Assembly (NCBI RefSeq): GCF_029227855.1
Contig: NZ_CP074356.1
Strand: one strand, 5' to 3'
DNA length: 64,000 bases
DNA from: Escherichia coli
GTDB lineage: Bacteria; Pseudomonadota; Gammaproteobacteria; Enterobacterales; Enterobacteriaceae
The position numbers and the translations under genes are program-made. How positions within the stretch are numbered: position 1 is the first letter of the stretch; each line of letters begins with the position of its first letter. Under the pieces are notes generated by a model, which worked only from the letters and a program-made list of their open reading frames with translations, made no database searches and was not told the DNA's origin. Shown piece after piece: positions 37,583 to 48,435 of this stretch.

Positions 37583-37821
37583 GAGGATATCCTTCAGCAT
37601 AAATGTAATAGACAAAATGCAGTGTACCGGATACCGCCAAAAGCGAGAAGTACGGGCAGGTGCTATGACCAGGACTTTTTGACCTGAAGTGCGGATAAAA
37701 ACAGCAACAATGTGAGCTTTGTTGTAATTATATTGTAAACACATTGCTAAATGTTTTTACATCCACTACAACCATATCATCACAAGTGGTCAGACCTCCT
37801 ACAAGTAAGGGGCTTTTCGTT

Positions 37822-40266
37822 ATGATGATTTTGAGTATTCTCGCTACGGTTGTCCTGCTCGGCGCGTTGTTCTATCACCGCGTGAGCTTATTTATCAGCA
37901 GTCTGATTTTGCTCGCCTGGACAGCCGCACTCGGCGTTGCTGGTCTGTGGTCGGCGTGGGTACTGGTGCCTCTGGCCATTATCCTCGTGCCATTTAACTT
38001 TGCGCCTATGCGTAAGTCGATGATTTCCGCGCCGGTATTTCGCGGTTTCCGTAAGGTGATGCCGCCGATGTCGCGCACTGAGAAAGAAGCGATTGATGCG
38101 GGCACCACCTGGTGGGAAGGCGATTTGTTCCAGGGCAAGCCGGACTGGAAAAAGCTGCATAACTATCCGCAGCCGCGCCTGACCGCAGAAGAGCAAGCGT
38201 TTCTCGACGGCCCGGTAGAAGAAGCCTGCCGGATGGCGAATGATTTCCAGATTACTCATGAGCTGGCGGATCTGCCGCCGGAGTTGTGGGCGTACCTTAA
38301 AGAGCATCGTTTCTTCGCGATGATCATCAAAAAAGAGTACGGCGGGCTGGAGTTCTCGGCTTATGCCCAGTCTCGCGTGCTGCAAAAACTCTCCGGCGTG
38401 AGCGGGATCCTGGCGATTACCGTCGGCGTGCCAAACTCATTAGGTCCGGGCGAGCTGCTGCAACATTACGGCACTGACGAGCAGAAAGATCACTATCTGC
38501 CGCGTCTGGCGCGTGGTCAGGAAATCCCTTGCTTTGCACTGACCAGCCCGGAAGCGGGTTCCGATGCAGGCGCTATCCCGGATACCGGGATTGTCTGCAT
38601 GGGCGAATGGCAGGGCCAGCAGGTGCTGGGAATGCGTCTGACCTGGAACAAACGCTACATTACGCTCGCACCGATTGCGACCGTGCTTGGTCTGGCGTTT
38701 AAACTCTCCGACCCGGAAAAACTGCTGGGTGGCGCAGAAGATTTAGGTATTACCTGTGCGCTGATCCCGACCACCACGCCGGGCGTGGAAATTGGTCGTC
38801 GCCACTTCCCGCTAAACGTACCGTTCCAGAACGGACCGACGCGCGGTAAAGATGTCTTCGTACCGATCGATTACATTATCGGCGGACCAAAAATGGCCGG
38901 GCAAGGCTGGCGGATGCTGGTGGAGTGCCTCTCGGTAGGCCGCGGCATCACCCTGCCTTCCAACTCAACCGGCGGCGTGAAATCGGTAGCGCTGGCAACG
39001 GGTGCGTATGCGCACATTCGCCGTCAGTTCAAAATCTCTATCGGTAAGATGGAAGGGATTGAAGAGCCGCTGGCGCGTATTGCCGGGAATGCCTACGTGA
39101 TGGATGCTGCGGCATCGCTGATTACCTACGGCATTATGCTCGGTGAAAAACCCGCCGTGTTGTCGGCTATCGTTAAGTATCACTGTACCCACCGGGGGCA
39201 GCAATCGATTATTGATGCGATGGATATCACTGGTGGCAAAGGCATTATGCTCGGGCAGAGCAACTTCCTGGCGCGTGCTTACCAGGGCGCACCGATTGCC
39301 ATAACCGTTGAAGGGGCTAACATTCTGACCCGCAGCATGATGATCTTCGGACAAGGAGCGATTCGTTGCCATCCGTACGTGCTGGAAGAGATGGAAGCGG
39401 CGAAGAACAATGACGTTAACGCGTTCGATAAACTGCTGTTCAAACATATCGGTCACGTCGGCAGTAACAAAGTTCGCAGCTTCTGGCTGGGCCTGACGCG
39501 CGGTTTAACCAGCAGCACGCCAACCGGCGATGCCACTAAACGCTACTATCAGCACCTGAACCGCCTGAGCGCCAACCTCGCCCTGCTTTCTGATGTCTCG
39601 ATGGCTGTGCTGGGCGGCAGCCTGAAACGTCGCGAGCGTATCTCGGCACGTCTGGGGGATATTTTAAGCCAGCTTTACCTCGCCTCTGCCGTTCTGAAGC
39701 GTTATGACGACGAAGGCCGTAATGAAGCCGATCTGCCGCTGGTGCACTGGGGCGTACAGGATGCGCTGTATCAGGCTGAACAGGCGATGGACGATTTACT
39801 GCAAAACTTCCCGAACCGCGTGGTTGCCGGGCTGCTGAATGTAGTGATCTTCCCGACCGGACGTCATTATCTGGCACCGTCTGACAAGCTGGATCATAAA
39901 GTGGCGAAGATTTTACAAGTGCCGAACGCCACTCGCTCACGTATTGGTCGCGGTCAGTACCTGACGCCGAGCGAGCATAATCCGGTTGGCTTGCTGGAAG
40001 AGGCGCTGGTGGATGTGATTGCCGCCGACCCGATTCATCAGCGGATCTGTAAAGAGCTGGGTAAAAACCTGCCATTTACCCGTCTGGATGAACTGGCGCA
40101 CAACGCGCTGGCGAAGGGGCTGATTGATAAAGATGAAGCCGCTATTCTGGTGAAAGCTGAAGAAAGCCGTCTGCGCAGTATTAATGTTGATGACTTTGAT
40201 CCGGAAGAGCTGGCGACGAAGCCGGTAAAGTTGCCGGAGAAAGTGCGGAAAGTTGAAGCCGCGTAA
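37822..40266 (+). CDS. fadE: acyl-CoA dehydrogenase FadE
   Basis: ORF track (37744-40266); start set at [20 protein letters not shown]... (814 aa). Confidence 0.9.
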   Translation: MMILSILATVVLLGALFYHRVSLFISSLILLAWTAALGVAGLWSAWVLVPLAIILVPFNFAPMRKSMISAPVFRGFRKVMPPMSRTEKEAIDAGTTWWEGDLFQGKPDWKKLHNYPQPRLTAEEQAFLDGPVEEACRMANDFQITHELADLPPELWAYLKEHRFFAMIIKKEYGGLEFSAYAQSRVLQKLSGVSGILAITVGVPNSLGPGELLQHYGTDEQKDHYLPRLARGQEIPCFALTSPEAGSDAGAIPDTGIVCMGEWQGQQVLGMRLTWNKRYITLAPIATVLGLAFKLSDPEKLLGGAEDLGITCALIPTTTPGVEIGRRHFPLNVPFQNGPTRGKDVFVPIDYIIGGPKMAGQGWRMLVECLSVGRGITLPSNSTGGVKSVALATGAYAHIRRQFKISIGKMEGIEEPLARIAGNAYVMDAAASLITYGIMLGEKPAVLSAIVKYHCTHRGQQSIIDAMDITGGKGIMLGQSNFLARAYQGAPIAITVEGANILTRSMMIFGQGAIRCHPYVLEEMEAAKNNDVNAFDKLLFKHIGHVGSNKVRSFWLGLTRGLTSSTPTGDATKRYYQHLNRLSANLALLSDVSMAVLGGSLKRRERISARLGDILSQLYLASAVLKRYDDEGRNEADLPLVHWGVQDALYQAEQAMDDLLQNFPNRVVAGLLNVVIFPTGRHYLAPSDKLDHKVAKILQVPNATRSRIGRGQYLTPSEHNPVGLLEEALVDVIAADPIHQRICKELGKNLPFTRLDELAHNALAKGLIDKDEAAILVKAEESRLRSINVDDFDPEELATKPVKLPEKVRKVEAA

Positions 40267-40274
40267 TTGAATAA

Positions 40275-40299
40275 CGGAGCCGAAAGGCTCCGTTTCTTT
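40275..40299 (+). terminator. Rho-independent terminator after fadE (between convergent fadE and ivy)
   Basis: Hairpin cggagcc-gaaa-ggctccg followed by tttcttt. Confidence 0.75.
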
Positions 40300-40308
40300 A
40301 TCCGCTAA

Positions 40309-40782
40309 TTATTTAAAATTAAAGCCATCCGGATGGTTTTCCAGGCTGCCGGTCAACGCCGCGAACAGCACCGTTTTACCATCAATCGAAAGCGCATCGT
40401 TCACATTCAACCAGGTGAGTTTCTCTTGCGACGTTTTCTCATCAATGGTCGAGAACAGCCCCGTCATCTGATTAGATTTCTCGGACCACATCACAGCGAT
40501 ACGTTGCGAGCCACAGTCATGCGGTTTGCACGCGCTCATCACCTGATACGTCTCATCTCCCAACGTTACGGTTTGTGCAGGGGTATAAGTACCGCCTTTC
40601 ATCACCCAGGCAGGCAGCTTATGCCCTTGCACCATCTGATTAAACGCAGCTTTGGTGGTTTCGCCCTTTGCAAGGCTGCTAATGGTTAAATCATCCTGCG
40701 CCATTGCACTGGTGGCGATGACCAGAGCGGCGACTGTCGTTATTGCCTTAAACATCATTCCTCCCGAGCTTATCCTGCCCAT
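40309..40782 (-). CDS. ivy: inhibitor of vertebrate lysozyme Ivy
   Basis: ORF track, 157 aa, MGRISSGGMMFKAITTVAALVIATSAMA... with the CKPHDC motif. Confidence 0.85.
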   Translation of the reverse strand: MGRISSGGMMFKAITTVAALVIATSAMAQDDLTISSLAKGETTKAAFNQMVQGHKLPAWVMKGGTYTPAQTVTLGDETYQVMSACKPHDCGSQRIAVMWSEKSNQMTGLFSTIDEKTSQEKLTWLNVNDALSIDGKTVLFAALTGSLENHPDGFNFK

Positions 40783-40935
40783 GTTATTAACCTCCTAAAG
40801 CCTGGCGATAACACGATAATTTGCAAATCAGATATTTCCAATATCAGCATTTGTTATCAATTTATTCTGCGCTAAGGCAACTGCCTGATAAGGTGTTAGA
40901 GTTATAAAACCCTTCGCATAAAGGAGTTGTACACC

Positions 40936-41706
40936 GTGTCTGGTTTGAAGATTACGCTTTTACAGCAACCACTGGTGTGGATGGATGGTCCTGCCAACCT
41001 GCGTCATTTTGATCGTCAACTGGAAGGTATTACCGGACGCGATGTGATCGTTCTACCGGAGATGTTTACCAGCGGCTTTGCCATGGAAGCGGCAGCTTCG
41101 TCGCTAGCACAAGATGACGTAGTGAACTGGATGACAGCCAAAGCGCAGCAGTGCAATGCGCTGATTGCAGGCAGTGTTGCATTACAAACGGAGTCTGGTT
41201 CGGTTAACCGCTTTTTGCTGGTTGAGCCGGGCGGCACGGTACATTTTTATGATAAGCGTCATCTGTTCCGCATGGCAGATGAGCATCTACATTATAAAGC
41301 GGGCAATGCGCGAGTGATTGTGGAATGGCGCGGCTGGCGTATTTTGCCGCTGGTGTGCTACGACTTACGTTTTCCGGTGTGGTCGCGCAATCTCAACGAT
41401 TATGACCTCGCCATCTACGTTGCCAACTGGCCTGCTCCGCGCTCTCTGCACTGGCAGGCATTGCTGACGGCCCGCGCGATTGAGAATCAGGCGTATGTGG
41501 CGGGATGCAATCGCGTCGGCAGCGATGGCAACGGCTGCCATTATCGCGGTGACAGCCGGGTGATTAATCCACAGGGCGAGATTATCGCTACTGCCGACGC
41601 GCATCAGGCAACGCGCATTGATGCGGAGCTGTCGATGGTGGCATTGCGGGAATATAGAGAAAAGTTTCCGGCATGGCGGGATGCGGATGAGTTTAGGTTG
41701 TGGTGA
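40936..41706 (+). CDS. yafV: nitrilase-superfamily omega-amidase YafV
   Basis: ORF track (40927-41706); GTG start at 40936 nine nt after AAGGAG; carbon-nitrogen hydrolase family by eye. Confidence 0.8.
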   Translation: MSGLKITLLQQPLVWMDGPANLRHFDRQLEGITGRDVIVLPEMFTSGFAMEAAASSLAQDDVVNWMTAKAQQCNALIAGSVALQTESGSVNRFLLVEPGGTVHFYDKRHLFRMADEHLHYKAGNARVIVEWRGWRILPLVCYDLRFPVWSRNLNDYDLAIYVANWPAPRSLHWQALLTARAIENQAYVAGCNRVGSDGNGCHYRGDSRVINPQGEIIATADAHQATRIDAELSMVALREYREKFPAWRDADEFRLW

Positions 41707-41744
41707 GTGGGTGTTGTGTTTAGGGGCGGGGTAAGACTACGGGT

Positions 41745-41767
41745 CAGGGCAAGATTACGAAAGCCCG
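41745..41767. repeat. 23-bp direct repeat, left copy, flanking the IS256-family fragment
   Basis: cagggcaagattacgaaagcccg; 22/23 identical to 42121-42143. Confidence 0.6.
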
Positions 41768-41800
41768 GAGCCTGTCCATCATTCTGTGTAAATGCCTTTC

Positions 41801-42043
41801 TCAGAAGTGACCGTCAAGGCGGTCACCGAACTCGATAATAAAGCGACTCATCCCTATCCGCCAGTCCTGAAGTGGCATCGTCCATTTTTGCGACGCTGAC
41901 TGGAAAGCCAGCCACACCACTTTTTTCACCGACTCATCTGTCGGGAACACTTTCCGTTTCTTTATCGCATGTGTGATGATGCTATTCAGCGATTCGATTG
42001 CGTTAGTGGTGTAGATAACCTTGCGGATCGCCTCCGGGTACAC
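41801..42043 (-). pseudogene. C-terminal fragment of an IS256-family (Mutator-type) transposase
   Basis: ORF track 80 aa ...YTTNAIESLNSIITHAIKKRKVFPTDESVKKVVWLAFQSASQKWTMPLQDWR... matches the conserved C-terminus of IS256-family transposases; the N-terminal ~300 aa are absent. Confidence 0.6.
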
Positions 42044-42120
42044 GAAGAATGTGGCAACATTCGGCCAGTTTGCCCGCCAGCTGCGACTTATCTGCGGGTA
42101 CCGTGCATCCCATTCCTTCC

Positions 42121-42143
42121 CAGGGAAAGATTACGAAAGCCCG
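42121..42143. repeat. 23-bp direct repeat, right copy
   Basis: cagggaaagattacgaaagcccg. Confidence 0.6.
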
Positions 42144-43263
42144 CTCCCCGCAAGGACTGACGCCAGATAGTTTCTGTCCATGGCTGCTTTTCGCATCTTA
42201 CGTCTTAACCCTGCCTTGAATACCTTATCATTCGTCAAAATATTAATAGCGATGTGCCGTATCCCTGAAAATAATTCTGCTGCATTTCCTCTTCTTATTT
42301 TGCAGTCGTCTTCATTCATTACCACGTCCAGACGCCAGTGCAGCTTATTCTCCACGTGCCAGTGGTTTCGGATTGCTGTGGCGAACTTCTCTGCGGTTAA
42401 ATCAGCAGAACTAATATAATATCTGACCGCCATTTCTGGCTCTTTCTTTTGTTCTGCTATTATTGACCGAAAGGAGACTGCCACGCATAATTTCTTCAGA
42501 CCTTTCCATTCAAACGTGAAATCAATAAGTTCATCAGGGACATCGCAAACAATGTGAAGACGGATTTCTTCTCTGCCGTGACTCTTTTCACTCATTGCGT
42601 AACTGTCATGCTCTGGATTATTTAATTCTTTCAGCGGAAATTCTCGAAGGCTTTATTTAGCCGCCCCTGGTTTCCTTTTACAGCGAATAAATAATCACCT
42701 CCCTGTTTTTGTATCTTCTCTGCAATATCTTTCTGGCAACCCATCGCATCAGTTGTGATGATTTTTCCTTTAATATCCAGCATGTTAAGAAGTTCTGGGA
42801 TAGCTGTAATTTCATTGGATTTCTCATCCGTCCTGATCTGTCCGATGACCAGACTGTGCATTGTTGAGAACGCACTAATGACATGAATCGCTCCCTTGCG
42901 GCGACTCTTGTCATAAGAATGCCGGAGTGTTTTTCCATCAATTGCGATGACGTCTTTATCATCTGAAGTATGGCAATCTCGCATCCAGTTAATAAAGCAC
43001 TCGTGAAATTTTGCAGGACTGATACAGGATACAACTCTGGCGATGGTATCGTGAACAGGAATACCATTTTAAAAATCACCGTATTGTTTTAAAAAATCGA
43101 GATGTGTTTCCCCAAAATCCTCTATATCTTCCCAACCTTCCGCACCCGAAATAACAGCACAAATAGTCAACAGTAGAATATCCGATAATTTATGTTCCAC
43201 TTTCCAGGCTTGTCTGTAATCGGGGATAATAGAAATATGCCCCATCAATTTTTTAAGTTCTAT
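42131..43263 (-). mobile_element. ISAs1-family (H-repeat) transposase gene, inactivated
   Basis: Track ORFs 42631-42984 and 42131-42595 are consecutive parts of an ISAs1/H-rpt transposase in different frames; hand translation of 43263-42985 gives the N-terminus with ATA in place of the first ATG (an in-frame Met codon remains at 43245-43243), and an in-frame TAA at 43071-43069. Confidence 0.8.
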
Positions 43264-43483
43264 TTTGTTCTCCTTAATTATGTAAGGAGTATTTGATCAT
43301 GTATAAGCAATAAAAAACAGCTTTAGGTAATGAGGAATATCTCAATTTTTAAGCATAAAATGCGAATTATTTAGTACAAAAAAGCAGCGTTACGTGATCT
43401 TTCCCTGCACTTCACCCTAACTTTAATTTAACTTCAAGAAGTATTAAGGCCTCAATAGCGAACTTAATACTTCTTAAAGAATA

Positions 43484-43861
43484 TCACTCCTGACCAAAAT
43501 CTTTCCACACTAATGCATGAGACTTTGATTTATCACCCAAAAATTTACTTACATCTTTCCAAAGTAAAGAATTGCTATCGGTCGCAGTGACTATTGCCTC
43601 TATAAGCCCTGTAGCTACAACTGTGGCCAATTCATCATCAATCGAGACCATACCATCTTCGACATGTTTAAATATTTTTTCTCTTTCAATATCACCCATT
43701 TCATAAAAATTTTTTACAATCGTTTTTCCAATCTGAGAGAACAACATAACCACCGGTGGAGTTTCTGGATGCCAGTATTCATTAGCTAATGAGACTGTCT
43801 CAGACAAAACAGTGGAAAACGATGCCATTTTTTCTATATAATTAGCAATATATTGGTTCAT
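43484..43861 (-). CDS. putative immunity protein for the Rhs C-terminal toxin, 125 aa
   Basis: ORF track; small AT-rich ORF whose ATG overlaps the rhs stop codon; classic effector-immunity arrangement; family unknown. Confidence 0.5.
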   Translation of the reverse strand: MNQYIANYIEKMASFSTVLSETVSLANEYWHPETPPVVMLFSQIGKTIVKNFYEMGDIEREKIFKHVEDGMVSIDDELATVVATGLIEAIVTATDSNSLLWKDVSKFLGDKSKSHALVWKDFGQE

Positions 43862-46800
43862 TACTTGCCTCCCAAAGCATTCTGTAAATCCTGAAGAACG
43901 TTTTCTGCTGCTGCTCGATCCCCTGGAGATGCTGTTGGATTCTTATCCAACCAATCCTGTAAAGCCCTTGTATAATCCTGTGCTTTCAATACATGTCCTC
44001 TACCACCAACTTTTTCACCTGTGGCCAATTCATAACGAACAGCATCTGCTGTGCTTCCACTTCCTACTTTTGCATTTGGCCGATAAAGATCGTCTATAAT
44101 ATTTTTCAAATTTGAATCTGTAACGTCAGGTTTTCCCATCTTCTGTCGCAATTCATCTTTATACCGTTCATGCTGCATACGATCTCTTGCGCTATTCTCA
44201 TCTTCTGGTCCCCATCCTCCCGGGCTTCCCGTACTGCCACCACCCAGGCAGTTCTTCTCTTCCTCCGTCAAATCCTTCCCGACATTTGGATTCTCTTTTG
44301 ATGAATCATCATTTCCAAACACGCTGGAAAAAGCACCATAGGGATCTCGCCAGAATTCCATTTGACTTTGTGCATTTAATAATTCGGCTTCACCCTGCAT
44401 CTCCATACTTTTCTCAATCGCGTCCCCAACAGCCTCGCGATTGTTGTATATTATTATACCACCACCAATAACCACCGTACCGACTGCCGCACCGACTAAC
44501 ATCCCCGGAGGGCCTCCTACCGAACCGATCTCTGTACCTACTTCAGAACCAGTTCCCATGGCAGTTAATGCTCCTGCGCCCAACGCCGCACTTAATCCCA
44601 GCGGATCCAGCCGTTGCACCGGGTTCAGTGGATACGCATACAGGTTCCATCCCCCCTTCAGCCCAATCGGATCCTGGGTGATATACCTCCCCTGTAGCGG
44701 GTCATAGTACCGGTGACGGTTGTAGTACAGCCCCGACTCCTCATCATACTGCTGCCCCGGCAGACGGAGTGACTGTTGAAGGTGCTGCGTGCTTTCCTCT
44801 CCCAGCAGGTTTCCCCACTCGTCATACTCCCCGCGCCACGCCGTTTCCCCTTCCGGGCTGATAAGCGCCTGCGGCAGCCCACGGTGGTCACAGTGGTAAA
44901 GATGAAGTTTCCTCTCCGGGATGTATTCCGCCTCCAGTTGCGCCGCCATCTGTTCCGCCGTCAACCCACACTGTGCAAGCCACTGCTGGCTTTCTTCACT
45001 CACGCTGCCCTGCCGCAGTTCCCGCTCCAGCCTCCCCAGCATCACCGCCAGCTCCGCCGGTAGCGTCACACCCGTGTCCTCCTGCAACACCTCCGCCAGG
45101 CTACGGTGCCGCGCCTTCGCCTGTTCGCCATTCTCTGTTTCGATTCTCAGGAGCGGCGTGAAGCTCCCCGGCTGGTATACCGTCTGGATACGCGTGGTGT
45201 CGGTCTGTACCGTCGTCAGCCTGTCGCCGTCCCACCCGTACCAGGTCACCTCCGGTTTACGCGACAGCGACATCCACCCCGTCAGGTCACGCTCCCGCCG
45301 CCACACCCGTTTTCCCGTCCGGCGGCCCAGCGGGTCATAGAGGTAGCGGCTCTCCACCTGTGGCTCGCCGTGCTGTATCCGCGTGTAGAACACCAGGCGG
45401 TGCTGGCTGTCGTAATGGTAGTGGTGCGTCCGCTCGTCGTGCATCCGTATCACCCCTTCCGGGATACGGTCCGTCTTCTCCGCCAGCCTGCCGTATTCAT
45501 CGTAGCGGTAGACATAGTGCGCATCTTCCGTGATGCGGTTATCCGGCCACGCCGTGAGGGTGCTGTCCGGGTGCAGTTCCGGGTCCGGCAGCCGGTTTCC
45601 TGCCGGGTCCGTCGCATACGGGATATCAATGTCCAGGTTCGCTGCCGTGGTGTGGACGCCCGTCAGCCTTCCCGTGTCGCTGTAACGGTACTCCCGGCTC
45701 TCCTGCGGGCCGCTGATGCGAATTAGCTGTCCGTTGTCGTTCCAGTCGTAGTCACGGTCAAGCTGCGGAAGGTTCAGGTGCCTGCTCCGGAGCTGGCCGC
45801 TGGTATTCCAGGCGGTGGCAAGCTCATATGCCTCCCCGCCGAAGCTGCGGGCCGTCTCACGGTGCAGCCGGTCCCGCGTGTACTCGACCAGTGGCGTACC
45901 ACCCAGCTTCATTCCCGCAAGATAACCGCTGCCATACGTCAGCCACTCCACCGGCGGCAGACCGTCCAGCTCCTGACGGGTCGCCAGCCCCTGTTCGCTG
46001 TACGCGTGCTTCGTCTCATGCTCCCACAGCATCTCCCCCGTCTCCGGGTTCTCCACCGTCTGCCGTTCGCCCGTCAGGCGGCCTTTATCGTCGTGGCCGT
46101 AGTGGACCGCCACACGGTGGCCTTCGCTGATATGGCTGATTTCTGTCAGCCAGCCGTGCTCATCATACTGCCACTGCTCCGCCGGGTCGCCGTTCACCGT
46201 CCGGTGCGTGATGCGGTCCGACGCATCGTAATGCCAGAGGGTGATAAGTCCCTCGTCTTCACTGTGGACAAGCTGCCCTGTGGCGCTGTACCGGTAACGC
46301 TGCGTCCTGCCGTCAAAGCCGCGCTGCTCCGTCAGCCTGTCCACCGGGTCATACCGGAACGTGGACTGGCTGCCGTTCTCGTTGGTCAGCACGGTGATGC
46401 GCCCGGCAGCGTCATACCCCATGCTGCGCGTCAGACCGCCTTCCGTCACACTCACCGGACGCCCGCGTTTATCATATTCGATGGTGCTGCGTTTACCGTC
46501 CGGTGATATCGTTGCTGTCAGGTCGCCTGCGGCGCTGTACTCATAACGGGTTTCACGCCCCTGCGCATCCTTCTGACTGACCAGTTGGCCTCGCGGGTTA
46601 TAACTGCTGTAAGTGCTGATGCCTTCCTCCCGGTGAACGGCGATTTGTTGACCGTACCGGTCATACTCATACCGCGTCATGTACCCCGAGCAGTCCGTGA
46701 AGGCCCGAAGCTGACCGTACCGGTTTCGCGTTATTCTCCGCGTCACCCCGATTCCGTCTTCCACCGCGCCGGGCAGGCTACTGCGGGGGGAGTCATAAAA

Positions 46801-48360
46801 CCAGCGCGTAATGTTACCGTTGCGCGAGATCTCTTCTGCCAGTCGGCCCTGACGGTCATATTTCCGGCTGCTGCGTAAACCATCCGGATATGTCACTGAA
46901 GTCAGTTGCAACTGGCTGTTGTAACCATACCGTACCGTCCTGCCGTCCGGCAGTATCACTGAAGTCAGCTTTCCAGACGCCATATGCAGCCGGTACTCCG
47001 TCCGCCGTCCTGCCGCATCCGTCTGCGCCTTCAGCCTCCCCGCCTCATCATACTCGCTGCGGGTGATGCTCCCGTCGGCATGCTCCTTCTTCACCACACG
47101 CTTCAGGCCACCCCCGCCTTCCGTGTACAGCACCTCCCGCCGGTTCAGGCTGTCCGTGATGGTCACACGGTCCTGCCCGTACTCAAAGCGGTAGTCCAGC
47201 CCCTCCGGGTTGACCTGCTCCGTCACCCGCCCGGTATCATCATACCGGTAGCGGCTCTCCGGCCTCCCTGCATAATGGTGCGCCACCATCCGCCCGGCGT
47301 GCTCCGCATCATAAGTAAACCCGCGCACCTGCGTCCCGCTGCGGTCATACACCGCCCGCAGTTCTCCGCTGGCCGTGTACGTATAGCGCGCCAGCGGCGC
47401 AGTCGGCTGTTCATCCGGGTATGCCGGGTCGTGTGTCAGCCACACCGCCTCCAGCCGGATACCGTTATCGGCACCGTATTCTGTACCGGCGGGCAGCGTA
47501 TCGGGGAAAACCTGAGAAGAGGAAACAGAACGGGGACCGGCTGGAGAAGATAAAGAAGAGGCGCGCTGTTTACGGAAGGCTTCCGCCCGCTGCGCCTGCG
47601 TGCTCAGCGCCAGGTGAAAACAGCGGCCCGCGCCGTCCGTCACCCCCGTCACCGCACCCGCCACGTCACCCTCTGCCGCCCGGTGGAAGGCCAGCGTCCG
47701 CCCGAAGCCGTCCACCACGCCCGTCAGCACCCGGTATGCGGGCGGCTCCGGCGGCAGCACCTCGTCCGCCCCCGGCACCCGCTCCGGCCAGCCGAGCACC
47801 AGCCACTGCCCGGTTGTGCTGGCAGCCATCATATAGATGTGTGGACTCAGACGGACCGCTTCCGGCAACGCCCGCCAGAGCCGCGCAAGCGGGTGGCCTT
47901 TGTGCTGTTTCAGCACCCCGCACCGCGCCAGCCAGAACGACTCGCTGCGGCTGTAGCTTATCTCGCCGGGAAACAGGGGTTCAAAGTGAATGCTCCTGCC
48001 GCCGCTGTCGTTGAGTATCAGGCCTTCATCGCGTATCTGTAAGCGGATATCGAAGGGGGCTTTCCAGCCGGGACCAAACACCCCCACCGGCGCGGGCGTC
48101 CTGGTCCGGTAGCTGCTGTAGGCGCGGAAAAGAACAAACGGCAGCGGGCCGGACAGTGCCAGGTCGGTTTCAGCAGGCAGCACCTTCGCTCCCAGCAGCG
48201 GGTTTACCGGATTGCCATATTTCGGCGTGGCTTCCCCTGTGGGACACACCGAGCAGGCCACACCGGTTGGCGCACCTATCAGCACCCCTGCTGAACCCTG
48301 CACAATATCCAGTCCCTTGCGGGTCATGTCACCCTGCCGCGCCGCCGGTTTTCCACCCAT
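43861..48360 (-). CDS. rhs: PAAR-domain Rhs (YD-repeat) polymorphic toxin, 1499 aa, with variable C-terminal toxin domain
   Basis: ORF track; N-terminal PAAR motif ([11 protein letters not shown]...), long YD-repeat core, DPLGL core-end motif at 44593-44607 followed by a ~243-aa C-terminal domain of lower GC. Confidence 0.9.
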   Translation of the reverse strand: MGGKPAARQGDMTRKGLDIVQGSAGVLIGAPTGVACSVCPTGEATPKYGNPVNPLLGAKVLPAETDLALSGPLPFVLFRAYSSYRTRTPAPVGVFGPGWKAPFDIRLQIRDEGLILNDSGGRSIHFEPLFPGEISYSRSESFWLARCGVLKQHKGHPLARLWRALPEAVRLSPHIYMMAASTTGQWLVLGWPERVPGADEVLPPEPPAYRVLTGVVDGFGRTLAFHRAAEGDVAGAVTGVTDGAGRCFHLALSTQAQRAEAFRKQRASSLSSPAGPRSVSSSQVFPDTLPAGTEYGADNGIRLEAVWLTHDPAYPDEQPTAPLARYTYTASGELRAVYDRSGTQVRGFTYDAEHAGRMVAHHYAGRPESRYRYDDTGRVTEQVNPEGLDYRFEYGQDRVTITDSLNRREVLYTEGGGGLKRVVKKEHADGSITRSEYDEAGRLKAQTDAAGRRTEYRLHMASGKLTSVILPDGRTVRYGYNSQLQLTSVTYPDGLRSSRKYDRQGRLAEEISRNGNITRWFYDSPRSSLPGAVEDGIGVTRRITRNRYGQLRAFTDCSGYMTRYEYDRYGQQIAVHREEGISTYSSYNPRGQLVSQKDAQGRETRYEYSAAGDLTATISPDGKRSTIEYDKRGRPVSVTEGGLTRSMGYDAAGRITVLTNENGSQSTFRYDPVDRLTEQRGFDGRTQRYRYSATGQLVHSEDEGLITLWHYDASDRITHRTVNGDPAEQWQYDEHGWLTEISHISEGHRVAVHYGHDDKGRLTGERQTVENPETGEMLWEHETKHAYSEQGLATRQELDGLPPVEWLTYGSGYLAGMKLGGTPLVEYTRDRLHRETARSFGGEAYELATAWNTSGQLRSRHLNLPQLDRDYDWNDNGQLIRISGPQESREYRYSDTGRLTGVHTTAANLDIDIPYATDPAGNRLPDPELHPDSTLTAWPDNRITEDAHYVYRYDEYGRLAEKTDRIPEGVIRMHDERTHHYHYDSQHRLVFYTRIQHGEPQVESRYLYDPLGRRTGKRVWRRERDLTGWMSLSRKPEVTWYGWDGDRLTTVQTDTTRIQTVYQPGSFTPLLRIETENGEQAKARHRSLAEVLQEDTGVTLPAELAVMLGRLERELRQGSVSEESQQWLAQCGLTAEQMAAQLEAEYIPERKLHLYHCDHRGLPQALISPEGETAWRGEYDEWGNLLGEESTQHLQQSLRLPGQQYDEESGLYYNRHRYYDPLQGRYITQDPIGLKGGWNLYAYPLNPVQRLDPLGLSAALGAGALTAMGTGSEVGTEIGSVGGPPGMLVGAAVGTVVIGGGIIIYNNREAVGDAIEKSMEMQGEAELLNAQSQMEFWRDPYGAFSSVFGNDDSSKENPNVGKDLTEEEKNCLGGGSTGSPGGWGPEDENSARDRMQHERYKDELRQKMGKPDVTDSNLKNIIDDLYRPNAKVGSGSTADAVRYELATGEKVGGRGHVLKAQDYTRALQDWLDKNPTASPGDRAAAENVLQDLQNALGGK

Positions 48361-48435
48361 GAATCAATTCCTTCTGCTTTTAATATGGTTTATCTGGTCA
48401 CTGCACCAGTTCCGTTTTAATTTTTTGCACCTGAC

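Noticed and set aside
42678-43079. 133-aa minus-strand ORF overlapping the ISAs1 transposase
   Set aside because: It is an alternative frame of the transposase region; the transposase frame is recognisable, this one is not.
44187-48362. Many Pro/Arg-rich ORFs on the plus strand across the rhs gene
   Set aside because: Antisense to the 1499-aa Rhs ORF, which has clear PAAR and YD-repeat content; the plus-strand translations are low-complexity.
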